A DNA stretch of 64,000 nucleotides from Selaginella moellendorffii (lineage: Eukaryota; Plantae; Lycopodiophyta). Location of the stretch: contig NW_003314276.1 of the NCBI RefSeq assembly GCF_000143415.4, forward strand, positions 707,630-771,629. The letters are read 5' to 3'. Both the position numbers and the translations under genes were made by a program. Shown here in pieces: positions 37,651 to 50,547 of this stretch (position 1 is the first letter of the stretch; every line of letters begins with the position of its first letter). A model generated the notes under the pieces. The model made no database searches. It had not been told where the DNA came from and saw only the letters and a list, made by a program, of their open reading frames with translations.

Positions 37651-38199
37651 GTGTAACTTTTGCACCTAAAGTTCACTATAGCTTTTATTCTTTTTTTTTT
37701 TGAGAAGAACAATAATAAGAACAAATCTAAAACTTTAACAAACCTTTTGACTTAGAGTTCTAAAACTGTCCTTTTGTGCTTAATCTCTTTCTATATAGCA
37801 ACATCCATCTTAGAGATGTGTTTACTAGGCTTTACATTTTGTTATAAAAATAAACTTTGAGTAGACATAGAAATTTAAGTAAATATTAACTTACATTTTG
37901 AATTTTTCTTAATCACTTGCTGAGATTAATTGCATTGCTGTCTTTTGGGAGTTTTTGATCCACCAATCTTTGTGGATTCTCCTTTGATCAGCCTTCAATG
38001 ATATCTATATAAGGCATTGGCCCTTGACATTGCCACTGTGCAGTCGCAAGCTCCAAAAAGGTTTATGCATTTCAATGAAGCAATTCTTGTTCCTCATATC
38101 AGCAAAGTAAAAAAATTTGAGAAAATTGCTGAAAATAAACCTCCAGACCAATTCCAAACAAACTCTCTGACGGAGTGGCAGCTCCTATTTTTGAATTAA

Positions 38200-38510
38200 A
38201 CACTGATGAACTTGATTGAGAAGAATTCTTTCGCTTATACCTCTCCGTCCAATAACTTGTCCAAAACATTGAAGTTAACTCGTGATCCTTAATGTACATA
38301 AATAAGTGAAACGTTTCTTACTAGCTAGTTGAAATATAGGTGGATTGGACTCTCCTTCCAAATCACCGGATCCTTTCATATGCCAAATCTTACATGGTGA
38401 AGACCCAAGTTATAAGAAAGAAAAAATAATTCATTAAAGTAGCTTTTGCACAGATTGGATTTGCATTTAATATGCTTTGAAATTCACAGGTTCTTGAAGT
38501 TCCGATAGTC
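38200..38510 (-). pseudogene. Degenerate BRF1 gene fragment
   Basis: Matches 52505-52590 (GAAGTTAACTCGTGATCC) and 53420-53640 (GGTGGATTGGACTCTCCTTCCAAA) of the intact BRF1 gene. Confidence 0.8.
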
Positions 38511-39349
38511 AAACTAAAGTTTTTGTTTAGAAGAATAAACTTTATGATCCTCTTTTGAGTTAATTAGATTTTAGTTTAAGATAAATTTTGCTTAAGTTTT
38601 GAATTTAGTTAGTTTATGTTTATTTTGTTTAGGTTTTGAATCCACTTTATATCATATTTTCTTATCAAATTTTAAAAATATGGCAGGAAGAAAAGTGAGT
38701 TCTCTTTTAAAATTTTTTGTATTGTTAATATTTTATTTGAAATGCTTTTTCTTTTCACCCTCATTAAGGATTGGACAAGGCATATATAGGAGTAGTGGTG
38801 TATAGCTTAAGTGATTTAAGTTATGTTTTTAAGCAATTCTTTAGGATTTAAAACTTTACTTTTCTAAATAGCATAAATTAGTAACTTAAAAATTGAGATA
38901 ATGAAAATTATGAAATTGAGTTGAAATAAAAGTGCCTTTATTTAAATTAAAATTTATTTTTGTGTCTTTCATAAATAATTAATACTTGGCAATTGTCAAT
39001 CCAGCTAACTACTAGTGCCTTTATAACTTCACTCTAGCAATATAAAAGTTTTTACCTAAATTAACTTTAAATTTTTATATAATATTTTAATGCCTGTAGT
39101 AAATTCCAAAACTAAAAATTATTGATTCTTTATAATAGCCTTGTAATTTTGGTGTGGTTGTAGGTATTAAATTATGTGACTGTAGTAATAAATGATTGTG
39201 TTTTATAGTATAAGTAATAAAAGTTATAGAGATAAAAGAATTTAAAAATTTATGAATGCTTTCTATGATAATTACACAGTTAAGAAAATAAATTAAATAA
39301 ATAATTATAAAACTAGTTGGAACTTTGTGCATTAGCATGCTTTACCCTA

Positions 39350-39584
39350 CTCTATTTCTCTTCCTTTAATCTAACTAGAAAAGGGGTAATTGCTTGATAA
39401 AAGAGCCTTTAATGGCTATTTTATCCCCATTTATTCCTCAAGTTTTCAAGGATATATGGTGATAGTATATCTAAATCTTATCCCATGATTACATGCACTA
39501 TAGAAATAAAAATAAAATATATAAACTTATATAAATTGTGGCAATTACCCCTTTTCCAATCAGCTTAAGGGGAGAGAGATATGG
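39350..39584. mobile_element. Possible old MITE
   Basis: ~44-bp imperfect inverted ends (core GAAAAGGGGTAATTGC / GCAATTACCCCTTTTC), AT-rich interior, flanked by TA. Confidence 0.45.
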
Positions 39585-41024
39585 TATGTTACAATTCTAA
39601 AATTTCTAACTTATTTTCTTAAGTGTTTTTTTGGTTATAAGAAGAAAAAAATATTTTTGAATCTTATCTATAACACTTTGAGAGAATTCAATGACTTCTC
39701 TATTTTCTTTTTAAAAAATCTTAAACATCTTTGGCCAAGTATTGATTTATGAATTTAAGGGCTACAATCATTTATGATTTATTTGAAATAATTACTTTTT
39801 TAGACATAGGTGAAAAATATGAAATAAATACCCACTTTTTTTTTGCTGATATGCATGGTTCATAGACAAGGCAATTTGAATAGAGTTCGTTTGACTTGTG
39901 TGGCAGCTGTAGGGCAAGCCTCCCTCCCCCTTCTATGCCCTCCAATGTGAGACACAAATCTCTAAACCCCAAAGTGGAGCCGAAACGGTGCCATATGGTA
40001 GTGGCTGAAACAAATGGCCAAATGAGCATAACACATTTGGACTAAAAGTTTTGATTTGAAAGGTCAAGAGTGGGAGTGGAACTCCAAATGAAGTGCTCGA
40101 GGAATAAGCACGAAGCGAGAAATAAATAAGTCTCTAGAAAAGGGACACAAGAGGACCAACACATGACACATAGAAGAGTATAAGATAGAGTTCAAGATAG
40201 ACCCAAGATGGAGTCCAAGATAGACCCGAGATGGACCTGAGATGGAGTTCAAGATGGAGTTCGAGATGGACCCAAGATGGAGTCTGAGATGAACCCGAGA
40301 TGGAGTCCGAGGTGGACCCGAGATGGAGATTGAAATGGAGTCCGAGATGGAACCGAGATCGAGACCAAGACCAAGTCTGAGTCCAAGTCCGAGTCCGAGT
40401 TCGAATACTAATACAGGCTGTTGGGTGAAAGCCTAAAGCAATCGATCCCCAGAGGGGGTAGGGGCTGCGGGGGGTTCCAAAAGTATAGTAGGGAGAGTGT
40501 GGACCCCAGTGGAGCTAGTTTGTCTAGATAAGGCCAGTTTGGCCCAGGAAGGCCATACCTAGTTACTGGGTGATGAGATAATCACTGGAAAGTCCAAGGC
40601 TAGAATGAATACGAACTGACAAGCGGGGTAACTTGGTAAAGTGTTTAAGAGCTAGCTCTAGTTCCCTTAGGAGATCAAATGGTCGATGCTCCCAATCTAA
40701 ACATGGTTAGCACTACCTATTTGAATACCTAGCATGGCTCAATGGAACCTCGCTCTAAGCCCATGGCTAGAGGAAGGTGGGGAGAGTACCTACGTGTGAG
40801 ACACAAAATCCCTAGGCCCCAAAGTGGAGCCGGAAAGGGTGCCACGTGGTAGTGGCTGAAGCGAGAGCCAAACGAGCGTAACACGTTTGGACCAAAAGCT
40901 CCGACTTGAAAAGTCAAGAGCGGGAGTGGAACTCCCAAAGAAGGGCTCGAGGAACGAGCACGAAGCGAGCAAAAAGCGAGGCTCCAAAAAGGGACCCAAA
41001 AGGACCAACACATGACACGTGGGA

Positions 41025-41550
41025 GTGTCCGAGATGGACTCGAGTTGGAGTCTGAAGTGGAGTCCGAGATGGACCCGAGTTGGAGTCCGAAGTGGAGTCC
41101 GAGATGGACTCGAGTTGGAGTCCGAAGTGGAGTCCGAGATGGACCCGAGTTGGAGTCCGAAGTGGAGTCCGAGATGGACCCGAGTTGAAGTCCGAAGTGG
41201 AGTCCGAGATGGACCCGAGATGGAGTCCGAGATGGAGTCCGAAGTGGAGTCCGAGGTGGACCCGAGATGGACCCGAGATGGAGTCCGAAGTGGAGTCCGA
41301 GGTGGACCCGAGATGGACCCGAGTTGGAGTCCGAGGTGGAGTCCGAGATGGACCCGAGATGGAGTCCGAGATGGAGTCCGAGGTGGACCCGAGATGGACC
41401 CGAAATGGAGTCCGAGATGGAGTCCGAGATGGACCCGAGATGGAGTCTGAGATGGAGTCCGAGATGGACCCGAGATGGACCCGAGATGGAGTCCGAGATG
41501 GAGTCCGAGATGGAGTCCGAGATGGAGTCCGAAGTCGAGACCGAGACCGG

Positions 41551-41582
<32 letters not shown>

Positions 41583-41690
41583 TCAGGACCGAGACCGAGA
41601 CCGAGGCCGAGGCCAAGACCGAGCCCGAGCCCGAGTCCGAGTCCGAATCCGAGTCCGAGTCCGAGTCCGAGTCCGAGTCCGAGTCTGGAG
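41025..41690 (+). repeat. GAGATG/GAGTCC/GACCC hexamer-based tandem array in LARD LTR (also ~6755-7120, 10460-10760, 40190-40400, 46970-47580)
   Basis: Visible tandem units; source of the low-complexity ORFs in all frames. Confidence 0.95.
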
Positions 41691-44600
41691 CCTGAGAGGG
41701 TGAAAGCCCAAAGCGTTCGTCTCCCAGACCCTGGGGGGTTTGGTGAGCTCCAAAAGTATAGTAAGGGGGAGGACTGCAGTGGAGCCAGTTTGGCCAGGAA
41801 AGGCCAGTTTGGCCCAGGAAGGCCAGACCCAGTGTTGGGTGATGAACTGACCACTGGGAAGTCCAAGACTAGAGTGAATACGGATCGACAAGCGGGGTAG
41901 CTTGGTGAAGTGTTCAAGAGCCGGCTCTAGTTCCCCCGGGAGATCGACTGGCCGATGCTCCCAGTCCAAGTGTGGGTGGCACTACATACTTGGATACCAG
42001 GCGTGGCTCAACGGAACCTCGCTCTAAGCCCATGACTAGAGCACCTAAAGGCGAAAGGCGGGGAGAGTACCCAGGTGGCTCGCGTAAGGCCACGGTGTTC
42101 CGAAATGTTGTCCCAAAAGCCTAGACTGTGGAAAGGAAGAGGAGCAGTCCTCTGGGGTAGTGACCAAGGACACAGTCGTGTGGTGAGGAAGTCCCAGAGG
42201 ACCATGGGACTTAGTGGTCGGGCCTGTGGGCCTCGATCCAGTGGCAGTGTTGGTAAACACGGCCAGGGGCAGAAAGGGACTTGGTAGGAACTGACAAAGG
42301 GACTTTAGGGAAGGCGATTCCCCAGGTCTGTGGGCATCCTAAGGATGCTAAGGAGCGGATCTAGGATGACCACTCGTGAACAGATGGCCCAATCTTGGAG
42401 AGACGGGATGGTGATGCAAGTGGTATTGGACCACTAGTGCAGCAAAGGTGAATGGGCATGGCCTTAGCGTAACGGGACAAGATGTCAGTGGTACCTTCGG
42501 GTGTCGGTCTTTGGACCGGACACGTGGAGCACTTGGACCAGGTGCAAGTGTTGAGTGGCATGGATGCCATTCTTGGGGCTAGCAAGTCCCAAGTCCTGAA
42601 TTGGACTAATGGAGGTTGTGAATGAGACTCCTCCAAATGGTCGGAGGTGTGGTTAAGTGACTAAAGTAGAATGGAAAATTTAGTCACTTACAATTTGGTA
42701 TCGGAGCTGTTCCTTAGTCCGACTTTTATTGGTGCTCAAGTGTATCACCACTACTGTTGGCATCGGAAGGTCCGAGGAGTGGGCCTATCCTTGAGGAGTA
42801 GCAAGTCGGGAAGACATGGCTCTCCATTACAGTTCATGTGTGAATTTGTAGACGAGGTGGTGGATAGAAAAGGGCCAATAATGGAACGACTTTGGGATCT
42901 TGGGAACAGTGCAAGGTTTTCCTCACTGAGTTAAGGATGTGATTCGGATGAGCATTTGTCTCAGCAAATTGGCTAAGGTTGTTGTGGTAAACAACTAAAG
43001 TTGGGATCACGGGAAAGATAGAGACTTCAAAACAATAAAGGAGTCACAAGATTATCCTCATATACTTGAGGTTGGTGCTCATGAATGTGAGACCAAAGGT
43101 AATGACCGTGGAAGGTCAAATACGGAAGAGGACTCAAGTCCTTAAAATGGTAGCCGGGGCTACCTTTAATAAATGCTGGAACAACCCAAGGAGTTGGGGG
43201 GTGTACTTAGAGATGAGTGGTATTCTCATCGCATGGACAAGTAGTGCTAAGGGGCAAAAGTTGCCCCCAGAGAACAAAATCAAGTGTCGAAGTAACACTT
43301 GGGAAAATAGTCCTTTTGAGTAGGACAGGAATGCAAGAAGTGTATTCCAGTGAGCTAGTGCCTCACAAGTAGGACCTTACGGGTCTGTGGATTAACCAAG
43401 TCCAAAACTGCTGGATGACTCAAGTAGAGTCAAGGGATGGTCCTAGAAGGACTGATGGAAGCATTTGGACTGAGGTGTGTTGTACCCCACCAAGGATAGG
43501 GGGGGATCATAGGATCCAAGGATGAGAACAGAGGGTATCTCATCGATGGCAAAATGTGCCATGCTAAAGTTATAGGAAAGGTGTTCCCAGAAGAAAACAA
43601 CTTTGACATAAAGTTGTGTGTGACCTCTATGGGGCAGTGCTAACGGATGGTTGGCATGAGAAAGAGCAGTGTTGGTCTTGGCAAAGACTTAGACACGAAA
43701 GGGAAATGTCATAGAGGTAGGCTCGTGGAGCCGATGGTGTGGAGACATCAAATGTGCCAAGGTGTGATACCTTGAGGCTATGTTGGTGGGTTCATGAGAA
43801 CCCCTTGCCAAAGGAATCCCAATGGAAATGGGAATGGCATAGCCTAAGCTGCAGAGCATGCAGTTGGAGTGTGGTGACCCAGATAATGATGGAGGTGTGA
43901 AAGCACCAAGCAATGAGTTGTAGGACTTGACAACTATGAGGCAACTAAGCAAGAGGTGCAAAATAACTGGTTAAACGGGTAGAAGGTAGCTACCCAAGAC
44001 TTCTTAATAGCATAAGGAAGTTGGATATACCCTTACGGGGGATAAGTTGCTTGTGTTGTGATATAGTAAGTCAATGTCATAAAAGGAAATATTCATTGTC
44101 AAGAAAGCCATCATTGGGACACCCGGACACTCTAGAACACCAGAAGGTGGTGTTTGATGTCGCGAGGGCAAGGGATAAAGCCCAAGGGACTAAGTCCCTA
44201 GCGAATGATGGATAGAAGGTGCTATCCAAATGTCCAAGGTTGCGGAGACAGGAGAGGACTGTCTACCCGAGTTGGACAAAGCCAAAAATGGAATTTTGGC
44301 AAGGCTAGTGATGGGCATGTAAAGGCCCATAAGCAACAATGTAATCCCAGTGTGTGGGATTATAAGGTGAGCATACCCAGATTGAGGAACCACTCCCTAG
44401 GTTATGGGGTAGGTTCATCCCTAAGAATACTTGCTAAAGCGTGATAGAAAGTGCAAAGCTATCCTCCTGGTCTGGAGGAGAATGACCAAAGGAAAGGTGT
44501 GAAGCCAAAAAGCAAGAAGTAAGGGGATAGAACCGTACCATAGGAATCAAAGGGCATAACTAAGGTTGGTTATGCCAGCTGGGAGTGGAGAATCAAATGG

Positions 44601-47600
44601 GGGCTCGAGGGTGTTGCCGCTAGCAACCGTGATGCTATGGAGAGTCTAAAATATGGAATTATCCATGTTAGACTATGTGGCATTTTGAAGGCTTGCAAAA
44701 AGGGAGGCCTTAGCAAGCTGAGGGACAGAGTTCCTTCAAGGTTCCCAAAGACGATTCTAGGTAGCTTAGTACCTAGAAAGGCCAAGTGTAAATGGTTCAT
44801 GGAACGCGCGAAATCAGAGTGGCGCAGCTGAAGCGTGGTCTTGAAGCTTGCCATGAGGCAAGGCTATCAAGGTTAGGGAAGTAGTTCCCGAGTGTTCAAA
44901 GAGAGGGCTTTGAACGAAAGTCGATGGTCAAGGACTTTCACGCTTATGCAGGAACCATGTTACAGTGGTCGGAGGACTTGCCAAATGAGATTGGCACGTC
45001 GGGGGAACAAATACCCTAGTTGAAGGTGATAACTTCAAAAAGGGTGGGCCATGGGGCCGATCATGGAGGAGTCCATGCATGATCACAAACATGTCAAGTG
45101 AGAGGACTTGGCAGTGTGGAGGAACTAGGTTCCTAAGCTGTGATCTATAGCGCGCTTTAAAAATAAGTTGGTGCACCAGCGTGGGGAGTCACACCATGCA
45201 TCTTGTGTGATGCTGTCTGTAGATGCATATACGGAGGTTGGGTTCGAGTTCCGACCCTCTAGTGCTTGGGTTCGAGTCCCAAATCACTAGGGCGTGGTGA
45301 TGGTTTGGAATATGAGGACACTCATATTTCGGTGGTCATGGACTCTCAGTGGGGAGACTGGTTTGGGCACACTGCCAAGCGAGGGATGCCTCGGAGTCGT
45401 GATGCACGGTTAGATTGCTTAGTGTGAAAGCTCGGCATATCTAACTTGAACGCTTTGGTGCAAGTGGCACCAAGGACGTGGTGAGTGAGATGGGGACACC
45501 TAATCTCAGTTGCTATGGACCCTTGGCCGGAAGGGCTGGCTTGGGCGCACCGCCAAGTGTGGGGGATGCCCCCGGGGTCGTAGTTAACAAGTTAAAGGTC
45601 TGGAAGACCTAGTACCTATTGGCAAACCTGTTAAGGTGCCGAGGTGAGATCACTAGGTGATCTTGTGGCTAAATAAGGACAAGGTCCTTGTTTGGGTTAA
45701 GGAATAAGGTTCCTAGTTCAAAGTGTTGATTTGAACTATTGATGATGGTGTGGCTTGGTCAAGGTGACCAAGTGGGAAAAGCACCTTAGGGAAATGAGCT
45801 ATGTCATCGCGATGGCATAGTGTGTCCAAGGAAAGTAGTCTCTAAAGAGACCCATGAGAGGGTCACAAAGTTGGGCCGAGGATAGAGCCCACAGCAGAAG
45901 ATGCTAAAAGAGACTTACTAGGGGTGAACACCCTAGTCTTGGCAAAGCAGAGCCTTTGCTATGGAATCAAAAGAATACCTCAAGGAGGGAGGTAGAGATT
46001 CGATGTTGCTCGGTGCAACAATCAACAGATAGGAGCAAAAGATGAGTGGCCAAGATAGGGCCGTGGAATCCCTGGGAAGGAATCCAAGTGACAAAGTTAG
46101 GCGAGGAACACTAATGTGTTGGACGCTAACAAATTGCGGGAAAGGAAGTGTGTTTCCAAGGATGGATTCCGAATTGCTCCGATTTGGCGAAAGTGGAAGC
46201 TCCAAGGGAGGGAGCGGTAATGTAGCCAAATGATAGGGCCATGAATAGCCCTAGCACAAAGTATGATAACTGGAACTTTGGCACGAAATAGAAGAGAGGA
46301 TGATGGTGCCCTCGAGTAGAGAACTTCCTAGGATGGGAAGTGGAGTTGCACAAAAGGTGCAAGGCAAGGTGTCGGAGACACCTAGGAAATTGACTCCAAG
46401 GAGTCAAAATTCAAAGTTTCAAAGTGCAGAGGTTATATCGATGGAAATTGAGACTACTCGAGAAGGAGTAGTGGGATTGACTTAGAGAAGGGTCTCTAAG
46501 AGGTTTAGCGAGAACTAAACCAATAAAAGGAGAGAACCATTACATGTGGTCCAATCAGTCTCTAAGTTGGAGAGACTACGCTCCTTAAAGGATGGACAAG
46601 GCATGGTGAGCCTTTGGTGTCAAACCATAGACAAAGATTGGCTAGGTGCCAAGGATGGAAATGGTAACACGTGTGGGTGTTACTTTATGAAAGGGTTTAC
46701 CGTTTGATGAGGACATCGAACTTCGTCTATGGGTGGTGGAGTTGTGAGACACAAAATCCCTAGGCCCCAAAGTGGAGCCGGAAAGGGTGCCACGTGGTAG
46801 TGGCTGAAGCGAGAGCCAAACGAGCGTAACACGTTTGGACCAAAAGCTCCGACTTGAAAAGTCAAGAGCGGGAGTGGAACTCCCAAAGAAGGGCTCGAGG
46901 AACGAGCACGAAGCGAGCAAAAAGCGAGGCTCCAAAAAGGGACCCAAAAGGACCAACACATGACACGTGGGAGTGTCCGAGATGGACTCGAGTTGGAGTC
47001 CGAAGTGGAGTCCGAGATGGACCCGAGTTGGAGTCCGAAGTGGAGTTCGAGATGGACCCGAGTTGAAGTCCGAAGTGGAGTCCGAGATGGACCCGAGATG
47101 GAGTCCGAGATGGAGTCTGAAGTGCAGTCCGAGGTGGACCCGAGATGGACCCGAGATGGAGTCCGAAGTGGAGTCCGAGGTGGACCCGAGATGGACCCGA
47201 GTTGGAGTCCGAGGTGGAGTCCGAGATGGACCCGAGATGGAGTCCGAGATGGAGTCCGAGATGGAGTCCGAGGTGGACCTGAGATGGACCCGAAATGGAG
47301 TCCGAGATGGAGTCCGAGATGGACCCGAGATGGAGTCCGAGATGGAGTCCGAGATGGACCCGAGATGGACCCGAGATGGAGTCCGAGATGGAGTCCGAGA
47401 TGGAGTCCGAGATGGAGTCCGAGATGGAGTCCGAAGTCGAGACCGAGACCGGGACCGAGACCGAGACCGGGACCGAGACCGAGACCGAGACCGAGATCGG
47501 GACCGAGACCGAGACCGAGGCCGAGTCCGAGTCCGAATCCGAGTCCGAGTCCGAGTCCGAGTCCGAGTCCGAGTCTGGAGCCTGAGAGGGTTTGGTGAGC

Positions 47601-47640
47601 TCCAAAAGTATAGTAAGGGGGAGGACTGCAGTGGAGGGAG

Positions 47641-48039
47641 ATGGATTTTGTTGGAACCCCCGGCTTCATGGCTCCCGAGGTTATGTTTGATGGGATCTAC
47701 ACGCCGGCGGCGGATGTCTGGAGCTTGGGCATGACGCTGCGGTACGCCTTGCTCGGGAAGCTGCGCCATTTGAGCAAGGATGCCGATGCGACGCCGTTTG
47801 TGGACGTGATGAGAGAGATGGTGGAGAAAAGGGAGACGTATTTCCTGGACTGCGATGAGATTGAGCTCGCGAATTTGTCCATCGAAGTGATTGATCTTCT
47901 GCACAGGATGTTAGCGTTTGATCCGGAAGAGCGCATCACTATGGATGAGGTTGTTTGCCATCCTTGGTTTCATATCCATGAGGAATGGTGTGATCTGGAT
48001 CTGCACAAAACTCTATTGTATCAACAATCGAAAAAATGA
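47641..48039 (+). pseudogene. Protein kinase C-terminal fragment (subdomains VIII-XI) inserted in the LARD 3' LTR
   Basis: FVGTPGFMAPEV, ADVWSLG, DLLHRMLAFDPEERIT...HPWF. N-lobe absent. Confidence 0.85.
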
Positions 48040-50353
48040 GTGATGTTCTTTTACTATTTGAAATATAGTTTCTTATGGCAATATTAAGCAAAATGAGTTA
48101 AATGGTTAACAAAAGTTTGGTAGCTAGATCTTCCAACGCCAACTTGGAGTGTCTCTTGAAGCATCGAAACATCATATATATCTCTCGGATCGATCAGTAT
48201 CGAAACCCCACTCCCCCCAAAAAAAAATCTCGCTCCAATTTTCTTCTCGAGCAAACCAATCAAGAACACACGACACGAAACACACTGGATCTTTTACATT
48301 GTCTCGTTGCACGCGTGTTGACAAGGGAAGTTCCAGGACAAAAATTTTGTCCTTGTTAATATCGTGTGGACTGGGCGCCCCCCTTTGTTTTTTTAGGGTT
48401 CTTGGGTCCTTCCGTTGAGCAGCTGCGCGGGCGCTGTGCAATGCTGACGCCGATCTGATGGTCCCGCCCCGGAATCTCACGCCTCTGAGCTGCCGGTAGT
48501 GAGATTCTTGCCGCTTCACGTTTTCCACGCCTTGGCGGTCTATGGGATCCGGAGCTAGGTTTCGATAGAATGCAAGAGGGGAAGAAGATCGGCGGTGGGA
48601 GCGGCGAGACGATGGAGGCGGATTCAGCAGCGATCGACATCCCTTTCTTGGTCAGCGGCAGGCCAGTTTGGCCAGGAAAGGCCAGTTTGGCCCAGGAAGG
48701 CCAGACTCAGTGTTGGGTGATGAACTGACCACTGGGAAGTCCAAGACTAGAGTGAATACGGACCGACAAGCGGGGTAGCTTGGTGAAGTGTTCAAGAGCC
48801 GGCTCTAGTTCCCCCGGGAGATCGACTGGCCGATGCTCCCAGTCCAAGTGTGGGTGGCACTACCTACTTGGATACCAGGCGTGGCTCAACGGAACCTCGC
48901 TCTAAGCCCATGACTAGAGCACCTAAAGGCGAAAGGCGGGGAGAGTACCCAGGTGGCTCGCGTAAGGCCACGGTGTTCCGAAATGTTGTCCCAAAAGCCT
49001 AGACTGTGGAAAGGAAGAGGAGCAGTCCTCTGGGGTAGTGACCAAGGACACAGTCGTGTGGTGAGGAAGTCCCAGAGGACCATGGGACTTAGTGGTCGGG
49101 CCTGTGGGCCTCGATCCAGTGGCAGTGTTGGTAAACACGGCCAGGGGCAGAAAGGGACTTGGTAGGAACTGACAAAGGGACTTTGGGGAAGGCGATTCCC
49201 CAGGTCTGTGGGCATCCTAAGGATGCTAAGGAGCGGATCTAGGATGACCACTCGTGAACAGATGGCCCAGTCTTGGAGAGACGGGATGGTGATGCAAGTG
49301 GTATTGGACCACTAGTGCAGCAAAGGTGAATAGGCATGGCCTTAGCGTAACGGGACAAGATGTCAGTGGTAACTTCAGGTGTCGGTCTTCGGACCGGACA
49401 CGTGGAGCACTTGGACCAGGTGCAAGTGTTGAGTGGCATGGATGCCATTCTTGGGGCTAGCAAGTCCCAAGTCCTGAATTGGACTAATGGAGGTTGTGAA
49501 TGAGACTCCTCCAAATGGTCGGAGGTGTGGTTAAGTGACTAAAGTAGAATGGAAAATTTAGTCGCTTACACTACAGGGCTTGTGTAAGGCTACGGTGTTC
49601 TGAAATGTTGTTCAAAAGTCCCAAACTATGGAAAGAAGAAGGAGCAGTCCTTTAGTCTAGTGACTAAGGATATGGTCATATGGTGAGGAAGTTCTAGAGG
49701 ATAGTGGGACTTAGTGGTCAGACTTGTGGACCTTGATCTGTTGGCAAATACAGCCATGGACAGAAAAGGATTTAGTAGCGACTGAAAAAGGGATATTGGG
49801 GAAGGTTGTTCCTCATGTCTGTGGGTATCCTAAGGGTGCTAAAGAGTGGATCTGGGATGACAACTCGTGGACAGATGGCTTAGTCTTGGAGAGACGGGAC
49901 TGTGATGCAAGTGGTATTGAACCATTAGTGCGGCAAAGATGAATGGGTATGGTCTTAGTGTAACGAGCTAATATGCCAATGGTGTCGGTCATGGGACCGG
50001 ACACATGGAGCACTTGGACCAAATGCAAAGGTTGAGTGGCATGCATGCCATTCTCAGGGCTAGCAAGCCCCAAGTCCTGAATTGGACTTATGGAGTTGTG
50101 AATGAGATTCCTCCAAGTGGTCAAAGGTGTAATTAAATGACTAAAGTAAAATGGAAAAATTAGTTGCTTACATCTAGATATAGCTTGAAGCAAGCAACGA
50201 TTTGGGCATGCTTGGCAACCCAGGGTCAATAGTATAGTATATGACACCAATGGATTTTGAGCTAGGGAGATATGGCTATTATATGGCAAGGATGTCTAGA
50301 TTGGGGTGGGGCTTCGTACTCAAGTGTGGGATGTTACCAAAATAGGTTGTAAC

Positions 50354-50547
50354 TATAATCTCCTGAGTTTGGATTTCTTGAGAAGTCACACAACCCAGTA
50401 CTATTCAAACTTAAGGATGTTTTACCCCAAATATTCCAAGACCCTTAATCGATTGGAAAAATGAGTGCATTATTATTTATGGGCTTTTTCCCTTTATATT
50501 TAAATTTCATGGATTGTCTTTAAAGTTGTTCTCTTTGGTTACTTACA
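50354..50547 (-). mobile_element. Degenerate Cassandra-like LTR
   Basis: 194-bp reverse-complement homolog of 2947-3140 with many transitions. Confidence 0.8.

Larger units (their letters stand above)
40795..49570 (+). mobile_element. Non-autonomous LARD-like LTR element, copy 2 (full length)
   Basis: 5' LTR 40795-42692, PBS ATTTGGTATCGGAGC at 42693, ~4-kb interior with no recognisable retroelement ORF, PPT, 3' LTR 46743-49570, TSD CTACG/CTACA. Confidence 0.9.
39946..50172 (+). repeat. Old solo LTR of the LARD family, split by LARD copy 2
   Basis: 39946-40794 plus 49576-50172 reconstitute one degenerate TGTGAGACAC...GCTTACA LTR. Confidence 0.8.

Noticed and set aside
40729-41917. Long low-complexity ORFs (SDSISG, LGLHLG, RDRDRD); also 6614-7338, 10167-10880 and 46642-47904
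   Set aside because: By-products of stop-free hexamer arrays within LTRs, open in several frames on both strands.
42693-46742. Protein-coding capacity in the LARD interior
   Set aside because: Only short ORFs, not conserved as open frames against copy 1 (7240-10225), and no recognisable motifs.
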